From the NCBI GenBank assembly GCA_964016885.1, contig OZ024740.1, positions 293,322,001 through 293,386,000 of the forward strand: a stretch of DNA of 64,000 nucleotides, in the 5' to 3' direction. This document shows, in pieces, positions 1 through 9,795 of the stretch. This DNA is from Eledone cirrhosa (Eukaryota). The position numbers and the translations under genes are program-made. A model generated the notes under the pieces. That model was given only the letters and a program-made list of their open reading frames with translations, made no database searches and was not told the origin of the DNA. Numbering within the stretch: the stretch's first letter is position 1; each line of letters opens with the position of its first letter.

Positions 1-1
1 C

Positions 2-715
2 AACGCTTCAGAACTAGCACCAGCGCCTACACTATCCACCACGCCACAACCAAAACTAACGCCTGTGGAGGATTTTCCACTCCCCGGCCTATCACAACTG
101 GAGACAGATTGTGACGACGAGGAGTGGGAAACGGTATCAGGAAAAAAAAAAAGAAACCAAAAAAGAAAAAATTCTCTTCCTTCCCCCTCCAAAAACAAAA
201 TACAGAGGGAAACAAATAAATTAAGAAACAAAAAAGTTAAGACAGATATGCCACCATCCACACCAGCATCACCAACCCCATCAACCCAAACACCAACACT
301 AACCCCATCACCATCATTAACCCCAACACCACCATCACCTACACCACAAAAGTCACCAAAATGCGAAACAGAAACAAACCCACAACAAACGCAAACAAAA
401 CAAAACAACCAAAACGATACACACTACACAGCATTAAATTTGAACAACAAGCAATTATTACACTACATCCAACACAACACCAGCATCACAGAAAAAGACT
501 ACACAACAACCCAAAAATTCACACCACCTCCACACATACAAATCACTCGCATCACACAGAAAACGTACATGACTCTAAAACAAAAATTCCCCAAAGACAT
601 CGGAGACTTCCGACAAGCACTCTCCAGGAGGATTTATAAGGACATCCTTCCTGAGGAGGCCACAAGCAGTGAAAAGGATGGAAAAACCGTCCTTCCTCTA
701 CGAGAAGTAAGGTAA
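2..715 (+). CDS. Tx1 ORF1 C-terminal part (low-complexity P/T/Q/K-rich)
   Basis: Frame is open from position 2 to TAA 713-715. The acidic-basic motif DDEEWETVSGKKKR parallels DDEGEPFQQVKRKK in ORF1 of copy 2. Confidence 0.7.
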   Translation, partial: NASELAPAPTLSTTPQPKLTPVEDFPLPGLSQLETDCDDEEWETVSGKKKRNQKRKNSLPSPSKNKIQRETNKLRNKKVKTDMPPSTPASPTPSTQTPTLTPSPSLTPTPPSPTPQKSPKCETETNPQQTQTKQNNQNDTHYTALNLNNKQLLHYIQHNTSITEKDYTTTQKFTPPPHIQITRITQKTYMTLKQKFPKDIGDFRQALSRRIYKDILPEEATSSEKDGKTVLPLREVR

Positions 716-749
716 GTGGTCTTTCTCATCTTTTCCACTCCTTTTCAAC

Positions 750-3617
750 ATGACCTCACTCAGAATAGGCAGCATAAATGCGCGTGGCTTGGGGTCGTCA
801 TGGAAGCAGGGCCACCTGCTCAACGACCTCAGGTCACTAAACATAGATGTAGTGGCCATCAGCGAGACCAGAATCTCCGAAGCACGGGCCTTCGCACCGA
901 TCTTCGGCGGCTACGATGTGTACGCATCTCCCAGCCGTCCGGGATCGGGGGGAGGAGTTGCTGTGCTTTTTCGGAGAGGTTTGGATCTTGCCATACGGGC
1001 CATCTTCCTGGACCCAGAAGGTAAGTTGGTGGTGCTGGACGTGACCAGCGGAGAAGGGCAAGCTTTCAGTTTAGTGGCCGTCTATGCCCCGACAGGAGCA
1101 GGGCGGCCTGATTTATTCCGGCGTCTGGAGACCTTTCTTGGAACGTCCCGCTCTTTAGTGTTAGTGGGCGACTGGAACGGGATCTTAGATGCACGCTGGG
1201 ATTGTGTGGGATTAGTGGATAGGGAAGGAGGGTGCAAGAGTCTCACCAATCTGCTCAGGCGTTTTGAACTGTCTGACAGGTACCGAATGGATTTCCCGAA
1301 TGTACCAATGTGGACTTGGACAAATCGCATAGGGTCATCCAGATCATATCTAGATAGAGTATTTTGTAGGGAAATAGATAGGTCTAGCATAGGCTGTCCA
1401 CAATTCAAGATAGTCAGCTACACGGACCACAAATTCGTGATCTGTGTGCTTGATTTAGATAGGCTTCATAGACGAGGACCCGGCTACTGGAAGCTAAACG
1501 CGTCCTTACCAGCGCGCAAGGTCTACAGAGACCGGATTAGCGAACTAGTTAAGCGGGCGTTGACGGGGGCCATCGTCAACAACAAGTGGTGGTTTGCTCT
1601 GAAAAGAGCAATTAGAATAGAGTCCATGAGGTTTAGTAAGGCTTTAGCAATAGAGAAAAATAGAGCAGAGGGAGAATTAGTTAGAAAATTAGACGAGGCG
1701 CTTAGCAAAGACATCGCCGCGACCGACGTACTTGCGGCGAAATTGGCCCTTGACCAATTCTTCAATGCAAAGCACGAAGGCTGCGTTGTCAGAGCTAGGG
1801 TGTGTGCTCTCAGACACGAGGGGACGAAAGCCGTTCAATGGGCCCGAGTGGCGGAGGCGCGTCGTGGTAATAAAGCCACGATCCTGTCTTTGGTGGACCA
1901 CGACGGGCGCATGCTACTCGATCCCGGGCAAATGTGTGAAGCTTTTCAGCGACACTTCGCTCAACTGTTCGGGAGCAGTGGCGGGCCGGATCGAGGGATG
2001 GACTTTAGTGTCTACCTCGACGGACTGCCGCGGCTTTCGGCCAATGAGGCGGAGTGTTGCGAAAAGCCGATAACAACCGCTGAAGTACGGGAGGTAATGA
2101 CTGGCTGCACAAGGGGTAAATCGCCTGGTTTAGATGGTCTGCCCTATGAACTTTACGTACAAATGCCAGACTTGTTCGGAGGCCTCTTGGCGGACGTCTA
2201 CTGCAACTGGCAACAGAACGGGAAAATTCCCAGCTCTGTGAGCCGAGGAGCGGTGGCGCTGCTGAGAAAGGATCCGAACAAGGGGGATAACATAGATAAT
2301 TTTAGGCCCATAACTCTGCTAAACACAGAGTTCAAGATTTTGGCCAAGGTGCTAGCAAAGAGGTTGGCGCCTGTCGTTGGTGGTCTGGTGGGAGAGGCAC
2401 AGACATGCGCCATTCCCGACAGATCCATCCACGACAACCTCCACCTCATGCGATACATCGTAGAGAGGGTAGCTAGGGAACCTGGCACGGGTGGGTCTTT
2501 GATCAATTTAGATCAGTCGAAAGCCTTCGATAGGGTCGACCATCGTTACCTAGCGGCAGTCCCGAGGGCGGCTGGCTTTGGGCCCGTCTTCAGAGGCTGG
2601 ATCGCTGCCATGCACAGCGACATCTGCTCTGTAGTGAGAGTGAACGGTCACCTTTCGGAACCGTTCAACATCATGCGCTCGGTCCGCCAAGGATGTCCCC
2701 TCTCGTCCCTATTGTACGTATTGACTCTCGAGCCATTACTGCACAAACTGGAGACGTTGAGGAGGGTCCCGCGCGAACTAGGATGCGGAAGATCCGTGTC
2801 AGCATATGCGGACGATGTCACCGTAGTGGTGTCGAACGCCAAACACATCGAGGCGATCGGCACTACACTAAGAGAATACGAATCGGTGACAGGAACAATG
2901 ATCAACCAGGAAAAATCAGTGGGCCTGCAGCTCGGCACCTGGAGAGGCAGGTCCATGCCGTCCAATAGCGTCGTCGGGCGCTGGACGGACGGACCGGTTA
3001 AATTGCTAGGGGTCTGGTTCGGTCCAGACCTCCAGACGGACAAAAACTGGGACGAGGTGACGAGCAGGGTGGCTTCTCTCACCCAGAAATGGGCCGAGAG
3101 GAAGCTATCCCTGAAAGGTCGAGCGGAGGTGGCTAACGCGTACATCGCGTCCGTCATCTACTACCGCCTGACCGTCGTACCTTGTCCTAAGCCCCGCCTG
3201 ACTGCGCTGGAGCGTTTGCTCTTTCGCTTCTTGTGGAGGGGACGCGCTCCGATGGTCAGGCGGTCCATCTGCTGTCAACACCCGCTACGTGGAGGGCTGG
3301 GCATGCCGTGGCTGATGATGCGAAGACACGCGCTCAGGCTACGACATCTCCACCTCTTCCTCGACGGTGATCAGGTGTGGTCGCCGTTTGCTAGACACGT
3401 TTTTCCCCAGCTCGTCTCCTTGACGGAGCTGCAGTCCTGGGTCAAGCGAAGACCGAGAGGGAGCGCTTGGAGACTGGAATGTCTTCAGGCGCTCACAGCC
3501 CTCGACCAATCGGGCAATGTGATCGGTGGAAACTCCACCTTCGCGTTCTATAGGGGATTAGTGGAGGGTAAGAGAGGGAAGTGCTCTCTTCCCAGCATTT
3601 TGTTGAAAGATGGGTGA
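750..3617 (+). CDS. Tx1 ORF2: apurinic-like endonuclease plus reverse transcriptase, lacking the C-terminal Cys-rich domain
   Basis: APE motifs INARGL, ISET, VGDWN, YLDR, YTDH. RT motifs KSPGLDG, FRPITLLN, LDQSKAFDRV, RQGCPLS, AYADDV. About 0.5 kb is missing after ~3572 relative to copy 2. Confidence 0.92.
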   Translation: MTSLRIGSINARGLGSSWKQGHLLNDLRSLNIDVVAISETRISEARAFAPIFGGYDVYASPSRPGSGGGVAVLFRRGLDLAIRAIFLDPEGKLVVLDVTSGEGQAFSLVAVYAPTGAGRPDLFRRLETFLGTSRSLVLVGDWNGILDARWDCVGLVDREGGCKSLTNLLRRFELSDRYRMDFPNVPMWTWTNRIGSSRSYLDRVFCREIDRSSIGCPQFKIVSYTDHKFVICVLDLDRLHRRGPGYWKLNASLPARKVYRDRISELVKRALTGAIVNNKWWFALKRAIRIESMRFSKALAIEKNRAEGELVRKLDEALSKDIAATDVLAAKLALDQFFNAKHEGCVVRARVCALRHEGTKAVQWARVAEARRGNKATILSLVDHDGRMLLDPGQMCEAFQRHFAQLFGSSGGPDRGMDFSVYLDGLPRLSANEAECCEKPITTAEVREVMTGCTRGKSPGLDGLPYELYVQMPDLFGGLLADVYCNWQQNGKIPSSVSRGAVALLRKDPNKGDNIDNFRPITLLNTEFKILAKVLAKRLAPVVGGLVGEAQTCAIPDRSIHDNLHLMRYIVERVAREPGTGGSLINLDQSKAFDRVDHRYLAAVPRAAGFGPVFRGWIAAMHSDICSVVRVNGHLSEPFNIMRSVRQGCPLSSLLYVLTLEPLLHKLETLRRVPRELGCGRSVSAYADDVTVVVSNAKHIEAIGTTLREYESVTGTMINQEKSVGLQLGTWRGRSMPSNSVVGRWTDGPVKLLGVWFGPDLQTDKNWDEVTSRVASLTQKWAERKLSLKGRAEVANAYIASVIYYRLTVVPCPKPRLTALERLLFRFLWRGRAPMVRRSICCQHPLRGGLGMPWLMMRRHALRLRHLHLFLDGDQVWSPFARHVFPQLVSLTELQSWVKRRPRGSAWRLECLQALTALDQSGNVIGGNSTFAFYRGLVEGKRGKCSLPSILLKDG

Positions 3618-3627
3618 GAGAAGCAAG

Positions 3628-4176
3628 TATGGCCCGAATGAATGGGCTTTCTCTGAGTATGTGTCTGTAAATTAAAGGTGGAAAACTGGGAGAGGGCACT
3701 TGCCCTGGTGGTCAGGGTCACTGTGGTCTTTTAATGGGCTTTCTCCACAAATGTCCCTCGGAAGTCTCCCCCCTATTGGGGAATTTTTCTTTGTTATTTT
3801 ATTACATCCTCTGTTTTTTACACGCATAAATGCCCATTTGTACCGTCCTGTATTGTCCTGTACTGACAAGCAAGAATGGCCCGAGTGAATGGGCCTACTC
3901 TGAGTATATATCTGTAAATTAAAGGTGGAAAACTGGGAGAGGGCACTTGCCTTGGTGGTCAGGGTCATTGTGGATTTTTACTGGGCTTTCTCCACAAATG
4001 TCCCTCCGAAGTCTCCCCCTATTGGGGAATTTTTCATTGTTATTTTCATTGTTATTTTTGTTACATCCTCTGTTTTTGTTTTTTACACGCAGAAATGCCC
4101 ATTTGTACCGTCCTGCATTGTCCTGCACTGTCCTTAATGTCTACTTTATGTAAACCCTTGTGGTTAATAAAGAAAT
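3628..4176 (+). repeat. Two diverged tandem copies of the Tx1 ORF2 end plus 3' UTR (~3628-3870 and ~3873-4176)
   Basis: ATGGCCCGA(A/G)TGAATGGGC...TAAAGGTGGAAAACTGGGAGAGGGCAC occurs twice about 248 bp apart, with several substitutions and indels. Confidence 0.85.
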
Positions 4177-4177
4177 C

Positions 4178-4225
<48 letters not shown>

Positions 4226-4226
<1 letters not shown>

Positions 4227-4940
4227 CTTGAATCTCAGTCATTGATGTTAGTTAACTGGAAAGTCCGTTGGAATGAATATCAAGCCACTACCTGCAGCCT
4301 CAGATATTCAGGACGTATCGGAGGGTTCTTGCTGTTCCCAGCAAGCATGCCTTTTGAAGCGTTCCGAAAAGCGTGAAGGGGCCGATTTACTTTAACCATC
4401 CCTGGAAACTTTTGGAGATAGTCCCTAGTGCGCCTATGACAATCGGGATCACTTTGACTTCATGGCAGTTCCAAATCCTTTTTACCTCCCACTTTAAGTC
4501 CTGGTATCGGTTAATTTTCTCCCTCTCCTTCTCTTGCACTCTCGTGTCGAATGGGCAGGCCACATCCACAATCAGGCACGATCTTTTTTCTTTGTCCACA
4601 ACCACCAGGTCAGGTCTATTGTGTTCCAGTTTCTTGTCCGTCTGTATCCTAAAATCCCACAGCACCTTCACCTGATAGTTTTCCATCACCGAATCTGGCT
4701 TATGCTCATACCATTTCTCAGAATTTGGTAAATTGTTTACTTTGCACAGGTGCCAGTGGATCACCCTGCCCATCACATCATGTCTCCAGCCCTTATAGTG
4801 GGTCTGGGCTAGGCGTTTACACTCGGATACAATGTGAGCCACAGTCTCCTCTCTCTCTCCACAAATCCTGCACAGTGGGCTAGCCTCCTCCTTTTAAATA
4901 TGGTGTTTCAACCACTTCGTTTTGAGGGCCTGCTCCTGCA
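4226..4940 (-). mobile_element. R4/Dong-clade RLE retrotransposon, short 5'-truncated copy, flanked by (TAA)n on both sides
   Basis: CRIC..H..SEC knuckle and RPDLVVVD..LIVDVACP RLE motif. Near-identical to 4978-5693. (TTA)n at 4179-4225 and 4941-4977. Confidence 0.88.
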
Positions 4941-4977
4941 TTGTTATTATTATTATTATTATTATTATTGTTATTAC

Positions 4978-7307
4978 TCTTTGAGTCTCAGTCATTGATG
5001 TTAGTTAACTGGAAAGTTTGTTGAGATGAATATCAAGCCACTACCTGCAGCCTCAGATATTCAGGACGTATCGGAGGGTTCTTGCTGTTCCCAGCAAGCA
5101 TGCCTTTTGAAGCGTTCCAAAAAGCGTGAAGGGGCCAATTTTCTTTAACCATCCCTGGAAACTTTTTGAGATAGTCCCTAGTGCGCCTATGACAATAGGG
5201 ATCACTTTGACTTCATGGCAGTTCCAAATTCTTTTTACCTCCCACTTTAAGTCCTGGTATCGGTTAATTTTCTCCCTCTCCTTCTCTTGCACTCTCGTGT
5301 CGAATGGGCAGGCCACATCCACAATCAGGCACGATCTTTTTTCTTTGTCCACAACCACCAGGTCAGGTCTATTGTGTTCCAGTTTCTTGTCCGTCTGTAT
5401 CCTAAAATCCCACAGCACCTTCACCTGATAGTTTTCCATCACCGAATCTGGCTTATGCTCATACCATTTCTCAGAATTTGGTAAATTGTTTACTTTGCAC
5501 AGGTGCCAGTGGATCACCCTGCCCATCACATCATGTCTCCAGCCCTTATAGTGGGTCTGGGCTAGGCGTTTACACTCGGATACAATGTGAGCCACAGTCT
5601 CCTCTCTCTCTCCACAGATCCTGCACAGTGGGCTAGCCTCCTCTTTGTAAATGTGGTGTTTCAACCACTTCGTTTTGAGGGCCTGCTCCTGCGCAGCCAT
5701 TAACATTCCTTCTGTAGCCTTTTTAAGGTCTCCTCTTTTCAACCAGGTCCATGTCTGTGGATCTCTAAATTCAGTTTTCTCAAAGAAGGTACTATGAAGG
5801 GATTTTTCCTGAAGGCTGCTCTTTCTCCTTGATGTTATTTCCTCCTTGGACATCCCCTGGCCTATTGTCCCCTCCTTCAGTACAGCTCTGAGCATTGGCT
5901 CCTTACTATCAGTCACGTATTTGTGTAGGTTGTTTTTCTCCAACTGAACACAGTCCTCTATGCTGATAAGACCTCTTCCACCCTCAGATCTCCTTAAGTA
6001 GAGTCTATCGACATCACTCCTCTTGTGGAACATATTGTAGATAGTCAATAGCTTCCTAGTCTTCCTATCCATTTCTTTTTGATCAGCAGCATTCCGTCTC
6101 AGAATTCCCGCACTGTACCTAATAATAGACACAGCTCGGGAATTTACTGCACTTATGGCATTCCTACTGTTCAGATGTGACTTTAATACGCTCCTTACTC
6201 TCCGAAGGTATTCAGTTCTTAGCAATTCCTTCATTTTTTTGTTCTTGATGTCATCAGCCTCCAGAACGCCCAAATACTTGTATCCTTCTTCAGAGTCAAT
6301 TTCTTTTATCATCTCACCTTTTGGTATCTGGATTCCGTTACTTCTGATCAACTTACCCCTCCTCATCACAATGACTCCACACTTACTAATACCAAATTGC
6401 ATACATATATCATTGCTGAAAATACGGACAGTGTCAACAAGCACATCCAACTCCTTCTCACTCTTCCCGAAGAGCTTAAGATCGTCCATGAAGAGGAGGT
6501 GATTGATGGTAAGCCCTCCCTTTCCCAACCTGTATCCTTCTATCACATTTGCAGTACACTGGTCAGGGGCATCAGGGCAAGGACAAACAACAGAGGGGAC
6601 AGACTATCTCCCTGGAAGATACCTCTCTTGATCTTCACGCTTCCCAAGGATTCTCCAGTTGATGTTAACTCTGTTTCCCAGGACTTCATACTTTTTCCCA
6701 ACAACTGCCTGATGTTATCTGCCACCTTGAAGATCTCCAGGCTTTTGGTGATCCAAGAATGAGGCACCATGTCAAATGCCTTTTTGTAGTCTATCCATCC
6801 CATGGCAAGACCAGTGTGTATCCTCTTGCAATTCCTCATTACCATCTTATCAATAAGTAACTGGTCCTTTGTACCACGTGACTTCTTTCGGCATCCTTTC
6901 TGTTCGTCCGGTAACAAGTTGTTTGTGTGGAGGTGATGGTAGATTTCCTCAGACATAATGCTTGTCAACAGTTTCCACATTACGGACAGACATGTGATAG
7001 GTCTATAGTTGGTAACATCATTACCCTTGATTCGGTCTTTCATTATCAGAACTGTGGTACCTTTTGTCAACCACTCTGGTACCTCACCTGACATCAAGCA
7101 GTCATTGAACATGGTTGTCAGTTGGTTAGTTTTTTGGCCTGCCCCTTAAGAGTTTCAACTGTGATACTCAAATCAGTTTGTTGGCGTTCCTGTTCACTGA
7201 TCTCCTTCTGTACTGTCTCAATCCACACTGCCAGGTCATTATGTTTAACATCCTGCTCCCATATTCCTCTCCAGAATGTTTTAGTTTGTTCCGCCTCAGG
7301 GATCAAT
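4978..7307 (-). mobile_element. R4/Dong-clade RLE retrotransposon, long 5'-truncated copy (RT + CCHC + RLE; broken ORF)
   Basis: NYRPITCL, WIDYKKAFDMVPH, RGIFQGDSLSP, LFMDDLKL, GGRGL, CRIC, RPDLVVVD. Stop near 7118 and frameshift near 6545. (TAA)n tail. Confidence 0.9.
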
Positions 7308-7400
7308 TCTTCTTCTTCTTCTTCTTCTTCTTCTTCTTCTTCTTCTTCTTCTTCTTCTTCTTCTTCTTCTTCTTCTTCTTCTTTTTCTTCTTCTTCTTCT
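7307..7400. repeat. (TTC)n microsatellite, being the (GAA)n tail of the adjacent RTE element
   Basis: Direct reading. Follows the RTE stop codon and TAAGTGGACAAA on the minus strand. Confidence 0.85.
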
Positions 7401-8345
7401 TTGTCCACTTATTTCTGAGAGACTCGTGGAGGCAGAGTCCTCAAACAATCCTTCCAGTGGTTCCTGCCAGAAACAACCGTTTCCAACTGATCCGGTTGGA
7501 CCCCCAAGCGAGACCAGCCAAGCTCATGGATGTTATCCAACCATCCTGCTCTGGATCTTGGGGTCTCCTGCGGTTGGTTTTGCCCGTAAAATCTATCCAG
7601 CGATTCTTTCCTGAGACATTCTAACTTCATGCTCATAGTATCGGAGCTGTGATCTCTCAATTGAGAGAAGTAATAGCTCTACCTGGAGTCACTCTCTGAT
7701 CTCCAAGCTACGCACTCTATCGAGTGATGTTACTCTAAAGATCCTTCGGAGGAATCCTATTTCGGCCGCTTGTATTCGCGATCGTTACTCAATATTCCAA
7801 GAGTTGGCAAGAATACCGAATTGAAGATAGCGCGGGAGTACAGCCAGGAAATATATGCTTGCTTCGTAAACCTCGAAAAGCAAACGATCGCTTTTCGTGG
7901 GACCTGTGCTAGAAGGTTCTGCAGGATTATGAGATCTATAAGAGTTTCTTGTTGCCCTGATGTCTTTAATAAATGGTGTTATATCGAAACTATTCAATGA
8001 AGGAGTCAGATTCCACCAAGGGTGCGTAATCTCACCTCTTCTGTTCATAATCTACATAAACTGGATTGGAAGTGGTATCGCGGGTTGGAAGTGGTATCGC
8101 GACTGGTGGGTCTAAGATCAGTTGGCTGGAATATGCAGACAGCACGGTATTCTTAACTTGTCTGAAGGTGATCTCCGAAATGCATTTGATAGGTTTGATG
8201 CCGAGTGCTTTACAGCTGGAATGAAAATCAGTGCTGCAAAGACTGATACACTTGTCCTTCCAAGAAACCTGCGCCGTGCAAGAATTGCAGCTGCTGGTGC
8301 AGTAATGCGCCAGCTTCAATAGTCGGTAATCAGAAGGAAGTAGGT
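7401..8345 (-). mobile_element. Degenerate RTE-clade (Expander/Rex3-like) LINE with inverted 5' segment
   Basis: Minus 7790-7409 reads RSRIQAAEIGFLRR..IERSQLRY..LGWSRLGV..LRTLPPR. Plus 7815-8340 reads YACFVNLEK, QGCVISPLLFIIY, RIAAAGAVMRQL. Confidence 0.75.
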
Positions 8346-9739
8346 GTAATAGCCAGAAAGTTGATGTTCTTGAAAAAAAACCTGTAATCGGCGTCCAAAT
8401 CTCCCTTCACTATTTTATAATAGTTTCTCAGATATGTATGACCTTTTATATTTTCAGCTTCAGAGCTATGATAATTTGTTTATTTCGTGTTCTTTCTGAT
8501 TAATATTCTTATTCTCCTGTATATATGCGGAATAAAGCTATATTACACATTCCTTCTGTCGAATATTTCTCACTACGTACCCGAACCAAAACAGGAATTA
8601 CTCACTTTGGCAAGAATCACATAGTATTAGACGTATATTTTCTTACCCGATATGGAATGAAAATTACTATTTAGTGTGTTATTACTGATGTTAAGCATTA
8701 AACCTTCTTTGTTAAAACAGGCCTATCACCAAAGCATTTCAGTTGTGGCCATTTCATTTTTATTTCTATTTCTATTGTGTAATTGATGTATATTTTCATC
8801 CTAGAGAATAGAAACTACGCTTCGTTCTCAGAAATAGATACAATGTTTCCATTTTCTTGGAGCCTCCAGATATTTTTTCTTGTAGAATAACACCCCCAAA
8901 CCAATAAATAGCGAAATATCTATCTAGTAAGTGCGCCATAACAAATTACGAGCACGACTGTTAATCAACTTAACATTCCCATGGTTCACAAATATCTTGA
9001 CAAATAAATCTAATTCCTTACTAGCGTTTACTATAATTTTCATTCGGAGTTTCATTATACATGACTAGGGCACTTTTTTTAAACCTAAAAAAATTCAATT
9101 TTTAGACATTATTTAGACCAAAATTTTTAGACCTTAAAATTCTTTTTAATTCGCTATTTATTATCAAAATAAGTTTCTATGCCATTTCTAGGATATTTTC
9201 ATCGTTCATAGACTTTTAGACTTTTTAGCAAACACCTACCCTAATATATTTACAAAATTTGCAAATATTTAAAATAACAGCTATTTTTGTTGAAACAAAA
9301 TTTCGCTTGTTGCATGAGCATAAAAATATTTATGCATTGCACTTTCTTTTTCATTGAGGGGCAATAAATTCTGCTGTTGCCCACATGGCTTATCAAACAT
9401 TGGTTTTTTTTTTCAGATCTTGCTCTATTTTTGTTATATTTATTTGAAATCAATAAGAGCCAATGTATAATGAATCACGCTGGTATCCTTTCTGACAATA
9501 AACATCTGAAGGGCTAATTCAATTGTTGTACATGTTGCTAATGTGTTTTCAAACTGATGGTATCATAGATCTGTATCTTAATCAATCATTAGAAGGAACA
9601 ATACATGATACCATTAAAACATCTGACATAGCTCAACCCTAGCTTTAACCCCAAGATCGTTTCATAAACAGAACCCAGAATCCAGCCGCTGTAATGAAAC
9701 ATTAAATTGCTAAAAGAACAATTATCAATACATATACCA

Positions 9740-9772
<33 letters not shown>

Positions 9773-9795
9773 TACATGCATATATATATATATAA

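Larger units (their letters stand above)
1..4176 (+). mobile_element. Tx1/L1-clade non-LTR retrotransposon, copy 1 (5' end outside window; internal deletion near ORF2 C-terminus; duplicated 3' end)
   Basis: ORF1 tail, then an APE+RT ORF2, then a 3' UTR ending in AATAAAGAAAT. Clearly homologous to the element at 36008-41670. Confidence 0.9.

Noticed and set aside
837-3157. Antisense and alternative-frame ORFs over Tx1 ORF2 (also 38066-41315)
   Set aside because: They are shadows of a GC-rich coding frame with no recognisable motifs.
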